A DNA stretch of 64,000 bases from the human T2T-CHM13v2.0 reference genome, Homo sapiens, in assembly GCF_009914755.1 (NCBI RefSeq), contig NC_060927.1, one strand, 5' to 3'. Below the pieces are notes generated by a model. The model saw nothing but the letters and a program-made list of their open reading frames with translations. It made no database searches and was not told the DNA's origin. Position 1 is the first letter of the stretch. The number at the start of each line of letters is the position of its first letter. This document shows positions 40,512-55,481 of the stretch, one piece after another. The position numbers and the translations under genes are program-made.

Positions 40512-43500
40512 CAAGCAGATTTTTTGGATCATTATTTTGTGTGGATCTAAAAAAGTCTCTTTCAGGACCCTGTAGAATGCCATTCTAGTCATTTCTTTCT
40601 CCTCATATTGATAAGTGAATGCCATTAGGAAAGACTCTAAAAACTGTGGTACAGAATTATCCCATTTGGTTTAAGTTACAAAATGACATATGAGGAGTTT
40701 TTAGAGAGTGACTCTGTAGACTCATAGACTAAGTGAACTTTGGGTTAGATAAGATGGTGAAAGAGAAAGTGAAAGATTAGCGTTGTGGGGCTTATATCCC
40801 ATAGGATAGGTCCTGTATCGCCTCCCACTTCAGAGAGTTGCATAGCACATGTGCTGAATCTTTGATAAGATCCAACAGGCCAAAGTGCCACAAGTTCCCT
40901 GGTGATGTGTCTGAATGTGTGTGTTTTTTGTTTCGTTTTGTTTCTTTTTAAGACTTGGTGTACAAGAACATGTATCTCTGTCTCTCTGCAGTCTCTTTCT
41001 TAATGTTTCTTGGTTTCTCTATTTTTTCTCTTTCTTAGTATGAAAGATTTTTCCAAGCTTCATCTTCAGCCACTTCTCCTGACATTAGACACAATTTTTT
41101 CCTGTGTCCTTCCTACAGTGACAATTAATCTTTATGTATAATTCCCCAGAATCTCTTAACTCGGCTTACACGCTAAACTCAAGACAGAAATCAAATTATG
41201 ACACTCTCTCCTTAACTCAATGTTCAAGGCGCTTGATCCATAATTCAAAGAACTCTGTCATTCAACTCCAAACTACCATTCCAGCTTTCACTGTCATTAA
41301 ACCCCTGCTTCCTGAGTTTGCAACCAGAGCACCACTTTCCTGTCATGGTGGCATATGCACACTCACACTCTTTCCTCACCAGAAAGGCCCTTTCCTCCTC
41401 AAACCACCTCCCAGATTCTTACTCTCCTTTCAAGGTCTAGGTCAAATCCCATTCTATCTGGAAAACCTTCCTATATTGGTCTCATTCTGTTTATATGTTT
41501 CATAATGGAATTATTTAAATTTTTTTTTCTACTGGATTATGATGGGGGGACACTTTCTAGTCATCATTATTTCCCCACAACACTTAGTCCACAGTTTATA
41601 CAATGTAATCAATAGAATCCTGTTGACTTTCAAACCTTCATTCTGAACTTTCACTTACTTCACCTAATGTGACCCTCTCTCCCTGGGAAAATCCTGCTTA
41701 GCCTTTGATATCCAGCTTTAGTGTCATTGACTCAACAAACCCTCCCTATCCCCACATAGAACCAAGTTGAAGTAGAAGTGAGGGAAAAAATGCAAGTTTC
41801 TTCCTTTAATTTTCTTACATAATAGAGCTTATGAAACTTACCAGTTGCATGTCAATTCAGTGTATGTTCATGTTGTGTGTACATATTTGGGGTTTTCAAC
41901 TTTTCTGATAGTTCTCCTATAAGTTATTCTTTTAACAGATTGAGTTTCATTCTGCCAAGGTGATCCCATAGGCAGATTTTAATAACAGAATTTGTTTAAA
42001 TTACACAGGAGTTTTAGATTATGAATTTTAATCTGGTGATAACTCTACATGAATAGGTAAAGTTGAATTTCAGTGGGGAAAAGGAAATAGACTTCTTTAT
42101 ATTTGTAAAAATAATTCTGGTGAAAAAGCATATGACCCAGTCTAATTAGTTAATGAGATATGAACACCAGCTTGAGAATGGTGCTTTAAAACTGAAGTAA
42201 CTAAGGTTTTTCCTTTCCTGGTATTTTCCTAAGACAGATCTTCAAAACCAGATACATACCACAATATTCATCCAACATGAGTGTTTTTGATTGAACAAAT
42301 ATCTTTAATAGAAGCAGAATGTGCCAAGAATTATCTGGTGGTGTCCTTTTTAAAATTGATGTTTACTTTTTTCCATAGCTAACAATTCGAGATTAATCTG
42401 AAATAGTCATTTAACATTTTTCAGATACATTTTCTGTGTACTGTTTCATACATACCTAACTAAAGACCTAATAAAGCATCCCGAGTTTACTGAGTGCCTG
42501 CTATGTGTTCAGCTCTCAGCTCTGTTTTATGTGAGATTAGAAGAATGCTTTCCTGATCCTTGAAGAGACTCTAATCCAACTGGGAAGACAACTGGCACAC
42601 AGATTTGGTGAAAATTTTTACTAGGCCAAATAGAATCAAACTTTTCAGAGTACAGAAAAGGCCTTAGGTATGGTAAAAGAAAAATGAAAAACAAATTATT
42701 TTAAGGAAACTCCAGAAACTGAATAAGCAGAGTTCACTAGGTGAGCAGTGTTACAAAACCAAAGAGAAATACTGACTTCCACCAAGAGTATCCAAGAGCA
42801 GAGCACAGAGCTGTCAGAGCAGAATATGCTCTGTGCCCCCAGAACTCCAGTGATGCTGGCCTGCATGGCATTCCCCAACACCTCATACAGTTACACTGGC
42901 TGCGTCTTTACAATGCATTCTCAGCCTCCTCTATTTGCACAAGCCTGAAATGTATTTCTTCAAGGTCTATCCCAAATGCTTCCTCTTCCTTGATGATTCC
43001 TGATTGATTCATCTGTTTCCTTTCATGAATTCTTAGTCTGAAACTCTCTGATTGCAAGACTATTATTTTCTTTGAATCATAGCTCTTGGTGTCCAGACCT
43101 TAAATTCTCACTTTTCCCCGAGAGTGTTCTGGCCCAAAAAACCAAATTCGATTTTTCTTTATATCTCTGACAGAGACTAATAATGACTACACATACAAAG
43201 ATTACTTGTTGAATGAATAGATGTAATATAAACTAATAAATAATATGTGAAATAAACTATAAATTACATATTTTCCTTTGTATCTACTCATGGGATTTCA
43301 TATAAACCAGTTAAAGTACTACATTAGGTCTTTAAGCAGAAAGAAAACTTTGCATGCAGATTATGTGTAAGTGAAAATGCCAAAGAGTCTAGGATGTTAA
43401 TGAAGAGACTTTTGATACAAAGTATGAGGTGACAAGGGCAGGACCATATTAGTGGCAGTAGTGATGGGGAAGAGGATGGAACCATATGATTCAATAGATA

Positions 43501-43626
43501 TAGGACATGAAAAAGGCAACTAATTAGATATGTTTGTAATTTGCAAGTTCCATAAAAATTTAGATAATGTCTTATTATTACACATGTCACAGCATTAAGC
43601 AGTGACTTGCAAGTGAAAGAGAATCA

Positions 43627-44220
<594 letters not shown>

Positions 44221-47200
44221 TGGTTAAAGGTAATTATCAGTGAATGTTTGCTGAATTTATGAATGAATGCATTAGGGCTAAAGTGGAAAGCAAAGACCAA
44301 AGAAAGGACACAGAAGGACTGAAAAAGCCTTTGGAAGAGAGGAAAATAGTTCAAGGTCAGAGGATTCAATGGAGGATTTTAATGTCTTCTGATTGCTTTA
44401 AATTATGGTAGGAGACCATGCCAAAGAGCTGAGCCTCTGTGGAAAAAGGTCTGGAATCAACAGTTTATTGTGATTGTATAAAGCATACCACAAAGTGAAT
44501 TGGACACATCTTTAATATAAATAATTCTTTTTATTCTGCATGACTATCAGGTATAAATAGTTTGCAATTAGGATAACTGACTATGATTTCCATTACGGTT
44601 ACATGGCTCAAATGAGCATGTGGGTAGATTTAGTTGGGGAAAAAAATAATAGAGCAGGCAGAGGCCTTAGGCTGTTGTAGCCATCTAAATGACAAGAGCA
44701 TGGTGTAAGAATAGCCATTGACATGGATGCCATTCACTTACAGAACATGACAGTTGCTCTCTGCCCTTTCCCACCTTTTTGCAGATCTCCAAAATCTTAA
44801 AGAAATGAAGGGCAAGGAACTTATAGCCTGAAAGCTTTTAGATTTCCTCAGGATATAGAAACCAATTGTTTTAAATCCTCTAATATGTCAGAGATAATTT
44901 TGGTGAAAGAAAATCCAGGTTAAATACATCTGTACTTTGTAATTATACTCCAGAGTACCTAGTGATTGAATGTCTGTGTTCTACCTTCTTTAATACTAAA
45001 TACTTTAATAAGGACAAATGCATGGCACTCAAGCCAGCTTCTGTCCCAATATGTGTCTGGGATATTCCTGGGCCTGAACAATTTAGACCAGAGAAGTTTC
45101 CTGCATGGCATCGTGACAGACATTATAAATGAGGCACAGGTCTCCTTCCTCAGAATCTACCTTAAAGCATTGCTCTGGGCAGTCCACTACAAATGGATTG
45201 AAATTGGCCTCTAAATTCATACCCGTTTGTCATTTTTGGTTCAGATGTTTGTCTGCCTTAAGACAGATGCCTGGAACAAATGCTGTCTAAAATTCATGTT
45301 CAGTTCAATGAGTCTATAGACCTCTCAGTTCCAATAATCTAATTAGCAGAACAAGACCATGATTATATAAGAAGGAGACTCTTGTGTATTAAAACCTTGA
45401 GGTAAATAAAAATTAAGGTAATTTATGTCTATGGCTGTATGAATAACTCTATCTTTATCTTGGCATCCTTTGGGTCCTTCTAGTTGTGCATGCATGTATA
45501 TATTTATAAAATTACTATGTATTTCATTTTACTCATGTTCACAATTTTATCCCATATTTATCTAAGTTCATGATCACTTTTTCATAGTTTTTGTTCTAAT
45601 TGTTGAGTGTTTCCGAACTGATTCATAATTTACTCTGAAGTCTTCTACTCACTCCTCTTGGCATTACAAATCAGTCTGAAATATGATGATACTAAAATAT
45701 TTTTTAAATCCCTGGCACTTTGAATGATGATGCTTTGATTGGCTTTACAGAAGAACATACCTGGCAGTGCTCTTTTCAGTACACTGACCTTATTTCTAAC
45801 AATTTGAAAAAAAAAAGTTTAAACATCATGTATTTTAGAATTTAAAGCTAGTTTATGATCTTTCTATATCGTCATTTGTTTTGAAAATCTTTTCCCCTTT
45901 TAAAAATTTTCTTCCTTTCCTCTAATGCCATTCTTAAAGATGTCTGAACCTTATTCCACACAAAAGACCTTAAAGCTGCAGGTGTGACTCTATACTTACA
46001 GTATTTTCTGTTACCCTTTTACTTTCATTTTTTCCCAAACCATCATGAGTTAGTCTCCTTATGTGCTCTCTCATTTTGTGCAATATTCTTCCTGAAAGTA
46101 AAGTTTAAGCAAAGAAGCTATACTATGTGGTTATTTCTCATTTCTCCCACGGCACCAAAATAAACAGAAATCAAACTTTGATAATCCTTTGAGTCTGTAG
46201 AAGACACGTATGACTCCAAGATTTTAGCACAATCTACATTGAAGGGGCTTTAGAAATTTGTTAAACTCATCTAAATCATAGTGTAAAATTAAATTATATT
46301 CCAAATAATTCTACTTTTTTGTTATTTTTCATAGCATACATTTATTGAATGGTTTTAAAGAGTAGTATGAACAAATATTCTGGGTGAGAATAAGCACATA
46401 ACACTTTGGGGGTTAATGGGTAGGTTAGACTGGCTAGAGCAAGGTGTTTGAAGCATTTTAAGGAGAAGTACTGATAGGTACATAGTTTAAAACCAACCAA
46501 TCACTATAGAATATTACAACATCAAAAGGTGGGCACCCGTAACTGTTATCTGGGTGTCTTTACAACATTTTAATTTGCGTTAGGGAGGGGGGATCTTACT
46601 AAGGTTTCTCCAATTCTTAAAATTAAACACTCCAGAGACCATTCTTTAACAACTCTTTTGGGTCATTCCAAAACACCTCTGTTATGGAGATTAATACTCT
46701 TTGATTCTGAGCCAACAGCATGGTTTTCAGATGTTACAATTACCTGTTCAGCTTCTCAGGGGCAATTATTTGAAAGGAGTAAATGCTCTGGCTACAATTG
46801 CCTCTGTGGGAGCCACAGTAATTGCCATTCATCAGGGCAGCAACCTGCTGAGGGCATCAATTCATAAGCTCTGAGCCATCAATAAACTGGAACTTGGGCC
46901 CCTGGTGCCAACATTCTTTACACAATGAAATATTATTACTGGCAATTAGGTAAACAATAGGCCAACCAGGAAATGGAAGAGAGGTTGCCAGTGACTATAT
47001 CAGCACTCATCCACAGATGTCTTGATACTTTTCCTGCAAGAGAAACACCTTGAGATAACTCTACAAAACCAGGATCAAATTATCACAAAAAAACTTCACA
47101 GAGTGAAGAATGAAGGAAAAGAAAAATGATCACAAATGGGTTTTTGTTTTAATCAGGAAATACGGTATGGAGCAGTAGATAGCAACCTTCTTATCATAGA

Positions 47201-49587
47201 TATCCATAGATATCCTATGCCACCTTTGTAGTAGCTGGTGTTGAGTACAACAGATGGAGAAAGACGGTTGTGTAACTGGACTCAAGGAAGCTAGTTCCAC
47301 AGCCACAGTGTTGGGACAAACAGCTTAATAGTGTTCAGGGAATTCATATTAATGAAAGCTGATAATTTGTGAAGTGCTTTAAGAGTTTAAAAGGATTTTA
47401 CCCTGCATGATGAAATTTGATCACCATGATAACAGTGATGTAATTAGGGTGGGTATTAGTGTTTCTGCCTGGGTATTTTTGATGAGGGGAGAAGACTGAG
47501 GGTCAGAGAGGCTAGGTATTAAGTTGCCTAGGTTGCTTCCAGAATAGTTCTTTCCCTATTCTACCGTGTTGCCTATCTCGTTCAGATCCCCACTCCTAAT
47601 GTGCTTAGACTAGTCACGAAGGACATGTCCAGCTTACCCCAAACCTATTACTAAAACACTTGAGCCTCAGCCCCTACCCTTCAGAGCAATTCCTCTCGCA
47701 GGGCTCTGACTTACTTGAGGAAACAAGGAAATGCTGCAACCAGGGATAGGTCAGGAACTTTTGGTAAACCTTCGCTTCTGATGTAAAACTAGAAGACCAA
47801 AGAGTGAAACCCCAGATACCAACAGTAGCTTCAGACGAACACAGAGGCAGGGCTATTAAAGGTATTGAACTGACATACACAATAGTGAGGTTGAAAGGCA
47901 ATCAGAAAGTTGCCATGTTCATCGCATGAACATGAATGCGGGGGATGTTTTAAGAGGTGAAAAAGAAAGTAACTCCAAACCTGATAATTGTAGTCATTTT
48001 TCTGTGTAAGTTGGAATTGATAAGTCCCTCATCTCCACTCCTGTTGTTTTTACCCAAATAAATAATGCAGCTGAAAGCTGTTTGATGGGATAAGAGTATA
48101 CTGCTAAAACAGGAAAAATCTGTCAGGGCAGAAGTGGTGGGAGGTCAGGAATTTTTAAAAGGCATCATTAAAGAAATGATGTGGCTTGGGGTATGTTCCT
48201 AAGGTAATGCAGTGCATCCTTGGTCAGGAAATTCTTTTGACTGATAAATCTTATTCTATTTTATATGAGCCTAAGATTATTAAATTCATTTTATATATCA
48301 AACAAGTTTAGGGTCGATAAAATATATTTCTGAAAACTAAGCAGGAAATGGCAGTCTCGTGGTTAGAGTATTGATGGAGGGCCAGGAGTTTATTTTCACC
48401 TCCACCACAAGTTCATGACTCATGTGATCTAGGCAAAATAGTAGATTATTTCTCTTCTCCTTCCTCCACCTGAAAACAAAACAAAAACAAAAACATCGAC
48501 TTTTTCACCCTTCCAAAGCCCTTTTCCTATTCATCCTTGCTTGCTTCTCTTGTTTCTCCGTTTCCTTTTCTTTCATTTATAGGCCAACCCCAAAGTTTAA
48601 GGAGATTGTGGCAAGGTATAAGTCAGACAGGTATTCTTTTCAGATCTTTTAAAACCATAGTATCACAGCAACAACTCTAAAAAAAATGACACAGACAGAA
48701 CAAACCCGAATAAAAAGTTTGAAATAGATATATTTGACTTTTGCTCAGAATGAGCACAAGGGTTCTGAGAGAGGAGCTGAGGATCCCTAGAACCAGGTGC
48801 ACAAAAAATATTCTAAAGAATTTCTTCTGAAATCTCAATAGGAAGTCTTCGAAGGTGCCACTGCTCCTAGTATGGGATTACTTCTTAGACTCAAGAGAAA
48901 AAATAAATATTAGAAAATAATTATCAAATGAAATACTCCCTGGGCTCAGGATACTCTGGTGCAGCCTGTGTCTATAATTAGGCAAGTAAAACAAATCATG
49001 GCAAAATTACTTTAGATTTGTTAAAACCATGTTGGCATTAGTGAACATTTTTACAAGACATGAATTATTTTTATTTTTTAACTGCTTTCTTGATAGTTCA
49101 AATGTTTCATTATTTTCTCCCTTACCAGGTTATACACATCTACAAGCAAGGACTGGATGTTCTATGTCATGGATCTCCCAAAACCCCTGGCACCATTGGT
49201 TGACGGTCCAAAGTATTTGACTTGCTAAAGAATCTTTCCCTCCTAGAAGTATAAAATTCTACTTTATTTTCCCTATAAAAACAAACAAAATAACTATATA
49301 TATATGCTGATATTGAACCAGAATTACAAATAATTTGTAATGTCAGATATTTAAATTCTACCTATTTTATAATATTTATTTCACAAAAGTCACAAGACTC
49401 ACTATGTTATACAATAGAGTTTTCAGAATCACTTTACAGAATCTTCTTTTTTGATTTCTATGTAACAATTGCTATTTTACATTAGCTCTAGTTTGAAACA
49501 TATAACCTGTAATTTAAATATATAATTGTAAAAGTCCCTTTGCTTGTTTATGAATGTAGGTCATAATGCCAAATATATCATGATTAG

Positions 49588-50909
<1,322 letters not shown>

Positions 50910-51239
50910 GAAATTCCTGGATGGAAGGGTGTCAGAGACAATGAGCCACTAATTACATCTGAGCCTCAATGGTTTATTGGAGTGTTCCCTATGGCACTTA
51001 AAATATCCAGCGCAGAATTTGGGATTGACTACTCACAATTTATATTGTTATCTATTGTTCATGGACGGATATTGTTTTCTGACATAGATGGCAAAGCCCT
51101 TGACTGTAGCAACCATAGCTTCTTATATAATCAATAGCATTTAACACGAGAGGTAAAAGCCATCTCATTTAATCCAAGATTTCACAAACCAAAGAGTATA
51201 GTTGATTGGTAAAATATAACATTTTTTTAACCTCATACT

Positions 51240-51687
51240 TGTGGAAGGAAAATAAAAACCTGAGACCCCAATTCACTAAGCCAAAAAGAAAAAATTAAGC
51301 TGAGTCATGCAAGACGCTACCTTTTCTTTTGTTTCTAAGCAGATAGCTACAGATAAGAGGTTAAATATCTCCACAGGTAAGTACTCTATGTTCACCTTAA
51401 ATTATGTAAAGTGCCAATTTACTGAGCTTGAGAGGAATACATGACTGACTAATTCCCCACCTGCTTCTTTTCTCTTGCAACATGTGGATGACCATACCCT
51501 CCCCCTTTCCCCTCTAGCCTGCTTTTCCCCTTTAAATATTGAAACTCTCAGAATCATCTTTGGAGAAAGGCACAGACCACAGACTGTTTCTGTGATTCAA
51601 TGCTCTTTTCTTCCAGGCATGTCCTTAAACTTGGCAAAACAAACTTATAAATTGACTGAGACCTGTCTCAGATAATTTTGGCTTACA
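51240..51687 (+). mobile_element. MER4-family (MER4C-like) ERV1 solo LTR
   Basis: tgtggaaggaaaataaaa...ttggcttaca; perfect 4-bp TSD tact at 51236 and 51688. Confidence 0.88.
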
Positions 51688-51700
51688 TACTAGTAAAATT

Positions 51701-51729
51701 TGTGTGTGTGCATGTGTGTGTGTGTGTGT
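51701..51729. repeat. (TG)n microsatellite
   Basis: Read directly. Confidence 0.9.
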
Positions 51730-52429
51730 TTAGCTAGCTAATGATACATGCTAAAGACTTCTAGGTGCAGAGTAGGAAGATTTTGCATTGGTTTTTTAAA
51801 CGAATCTGTTAGTCACTTATTTTAATTGTTAGTTGCAATTCCTTACATGAAGAGAAATGCTTTCAAAATATATTTCTGATTCATTAAGAAAATGTTCACC
51901 TCTTGCCTACTGACTTGCCATTAGGAACAGTGTGGTCATTATTTACGTGTCACAAGGTTGGTAAGCAAAATTAACCTCTAATAAAAAAAGTGTTTACAAT
52001 GTTAAGGGAGCAAATACAATTCTCTAAAACAGGTTGAAGGACATTCTAACTAATGTCTCAGTGATTCAAGTCAATAGCAGTTGGAAAATAACTATTAAAA
52101 TAAACTCGATATCACAAGAAAATGTTTGTTTTTTACTCAAAAATAGGCTGAAACTTTTATGATGACAATAAATAGATGAGCTATAGATATGACAAATTGT
52201 ATGGCAATAGGTACATAAATTTTTCTTAAAACTAAAACTAAAATTTTTAATTAGGCAGCCTTGCAATTTATGGTATATGAATTTAACTACAGTTTTATTC
52301 ATTATTGTATCAAGGACTCGGTGAGCTATAATAATAGATTTTTACATGATATGTTCTTCAGTTTCTCAAGATGTTGTCACAGGTAGCCACACTTTTTCAC
52401 TCATTCTACATCTAACTCATGCGTCTAAG

Positions 52430-52691
52430 GATGCATGAATAAAGGATGCTAGTTGCTACTAATAGCCATCCTGTGACCAAGAGGAGAATCCGCTCCAGAA
52501 GCCAACTAACACAGTGACTGTCAGAGCAAAGAGAAAAATACAAACTAGATCTGTGATAATCTTGTGAGCTAATTGGTCAACTCAAAAGAGTGTCCAACTT
52601 CTGAACTTTCTCTAACATGAGTAAAATAATTGTTTTATTATTTAAGCTAGTGTAACTTTGGGTTTCAGAAAATCAAAAGTATACTAAGACA
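52430..52691 (+). mobile_element. Old ERVL/MaLR LTR 3' fragment
   Basis: gccatcctgtgacca...acttctgaactt...tttaagctagtg...ctaagaca. Confidence 0.45.
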
Positions 52692-53394
52692 ATACTCAAA
52701 GAAAAGGAGAGTAAAGAAGCAACAAACAAATTTTTACTCAAATTACAATTTTTTCCTGGAGCCCTCCATGATTATTAACAATTCAACATAAGCTATTCAA
52801 ATGTAGGAGTTAAGATAAACAGCAATAGTCACAGATCAAAGAGATAAACAAACAAAAAAATTACATCCTCATACAGTTGCAAACAGGAGTCCCAGGTCGC
52901 TCTAGCGGTAGTTCTATGCTTATTTCCTGCTATTGCTGTTGCTATTGCTATTGTTGAAGCCTTGGGTTTCTTCTACAGTAATAGCTGAGGTTTACTGAGC
53001 TTTATTGTATGTCAAGTAATTTGCTGTCTAATGAACTCAGAATGGTCTCTTTGCATCACCAATTGTTGAAACAACTTGTCACTTAATTTTGTTTATTTCT
53101 ACTTGGCTACCTAAGAACAAAGAGATAATCATTTCTTAGCCCTCTTATAGACTAACAGTCACTCAGGTGATTGTCTTAGCTCACCATTGAAGGGTTTTTC
53201 TTACATCATCATTTGACTCATCCAGTTAATGGATAATACTCTTGTGCTTTGACCATTTCTAGGCTAATTATAATCTTTCTCTTCATAGGTGGCCAATTGC
53301 TTTTTACTGTTAAAATATACAATATTTATTTTTTGTTTCTTATTCTATAACAAAGTATTTCAATAAGTTTATTCTTAAAAAAAGAAAGACAACT

Positions 53395-53830
53395 TAGAGC
53401 AGTCAAAAATCAGGTGGCCTGAGTTTAAAACTTGATCCTCACAAGATCATGGGCAAATAACAACTCTCTGTGGATTAATTTTCTTATTTGCAAAATGAGG
53501 AATAAATAGAATCTATCTTAGAGGATTACTAGGATACCATGGACAAATACATGTGAAGCACATAGAATGTCTCACACATAATAATGCAGAACAATCCTTA
53601 GTTATTCATTTACTCATTCATACATTCAATAAATAATTCATTGAGATGTTAATATGAGTAAGGTTATATCCTGGGCCTTATGCAAATACAAAAATCAAAA
53701 GGCACTGATTTTTTCTGCCTTCAATTATTCAACTGTCTAGTCTTGGACATAATTCACAAACAAAAATATCAACATTGTCACATAGTATTCAAACAGGACC
53801 ACATAAGTGTATTAGGTATGAAAGAGGAAA
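53395..53830. mobile_element. MIR (+) followed by L2 3' end (-)
   Basis: ttttcttatttgcaaaatgaggaataa; ttcatttactcattcatacattcaataaataattcattgag. Confidence 0.55.
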
Positions 53831-54224
53831 AAGACAGAGGTGTCTTTTAATACTAAAATGTTAGTATTATTTTTCTCTTATATTCATGAAATTTGTTTAG
53901 TGTAGTGATTTAGTGTTTTTCTGCTGCTACGTTCTTTTCTCAAAGCTTGCTCACCTGTTGCCTGTTTTCCTGTTAATCTACTGTGCTAATGTAGCACGGT
54001 GTATTGCAGTAGCAAGCAAGGATACTAAAGAAAGTGTCAAAAGATAGAAAACATATTGCGACCTTCTTCCTAATCACTAACTGAATGATACAACTGACCA
54101 ATCTTCCTTTGTGACACATAGTAGAGTATAAACAATTTACTAAGTCTGAAAGATCAAAGATCATATCCTATTGAGCTTTGAATCTTCAACATCTAATAAA
54201 ATGTCCCTGATTTTCAAGACCTGA

Positions 54225-54911
54225 CTAGTTAGAATATCACTTTCTCCTGGCCACAGTGATTGGTTCAGGAAAGGGAAAATCACCCACACAAGACTCAGAC
54301 ATTTTCTGCCAGAATAATTATTTAAAAAGATTCCTTCTGTCTACTCATTTTGCCAAGCTTTTGAAATAAAAGTCTGGAGTTGCCAACAACCATCTTGCCA
54401 CCACCTGGAGGAAGTCTGAGAAGGAAGAAAGAGAACTAAACATATGAGAGAAAGGGAGACTACTGACAACCTTGGACCTCTGGATTCAATGGGCCTTGAC
54501 CCACCACTTAGCCTTTTCAGCTAGTGAACAGATAGATTCCCTCTTCACTTAAAATCAGTTTAGATTGGCCGGGCGCGGTGGCTCATACCTGTAATCCCAG
54601 CATTTTTGGAGGCCGAGGCAGGTAGAGCACGAGGTCAGGAGATTGAGACCCCCGTGGCTAACATGGTGAAACCTCGTCTCTACTAAAAATACAAAAATTA
54701 GCTGGGCATGGAGGCGCGTGCCTGTAATCCCAGCTACTCAGGAGACTGAGGCAGGAGAGTCGCTTGAACCAGGGAGTCGGAGGTTGCACTGAGCGGAGAT
54801 TGTGCTGCTGTACTACAGCCTGGTGACAGAGCAACACTCTGTCTCAAAAAAAAAAAAAAAAAAAAAAAATCAGTTTAGATTGAGATGCTCATAACAAGAC
54901 TCAGAATTACA
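54225..54911 (+). mobile_element. MLT1K/J-like MaLR LTR, interrupted by an Alu
   Basis: cctggccacagtgattggttcagg, ccatcttgccaccac, ctctggattcaa motifs. Confidence 0.6.
54567..54868 (+). mobile_element. AluSc-like SINE
   Basis: cacgaggtcaggagattgagacc...cagcctggtgacagag. 16-bp TSD aaaatcagtttagatt at 54551 and 54866. Confidence 0.95.
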
Positions 54912-54932
54912 TATTGTTATTATTATTAACCG

Positions 54933-55481
54933 GACTTTGATTATTAAATACCTTGAGGTAGTCTTTGGGTTAAATCTGCTTGATGTTCTATAACTTTTTT
55001 GTACTTAAATGTTGATATCTTTCTTTAGGTTTGGGAAGTTTTCTGACAGTATCCCTTTGAATAAACTCTCTACCCCATCTCTCTCTCTCTTTCTACTTCC
55101 TATTTAAGGCCAATAACTCTTAAATTTGCCCTTTAGTATGCAATGGGCATACTCAAGAATGCATCAGAGTCTTTTAATAGCACAGTGGATCAAGCAGAAG
55201 AAAGAATTAGTGAGCTTGAAGACAGGCTATCTGAAAATACACAGTCAGAGGAGATAAAAAGAAAAAAGAAGAAAAAACAATGAAGCCTGCCTAACAGGTT
55301 CTAAAAAATAGCCTCAACCGGGCAAATCTAAGAGTTATTGGCCTCAAAGAGGAGGCAGGGAATGAGACTGGGGTAGAAAGTTTAATTAAAGGGATAATAA
55401 CAGAGAATTTTCGAAACATAGAGAAAGATGTCAATATCCAAGTACAAGAAGATTATAGAACACCAAGCAGATTTAACCAAA
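54933..55481. mobile_element. Two overlapping-content L1MA ORF1 fragments in inverted orientation
   Basis: Antisense 54933-55134 and sense ~55138-55481 both contain gggcaaat(c/t)taagagttattggcct...aagcagatttaacc. Confidence 0.85.

Noticed and set aside
44760-44925. Plus-strand polypyrimidine tract plus cag at ~44784
   Set aside because: No strong downstream donor or ORF; isolated acceptor-like signals are common.
47914-47934. Isolated hairpin catgttcat-cgc-atgaacatg (also agtcttaagact near 20224)
   Set aside because: Single short inverted repeats are expected by chance in 64 kb.
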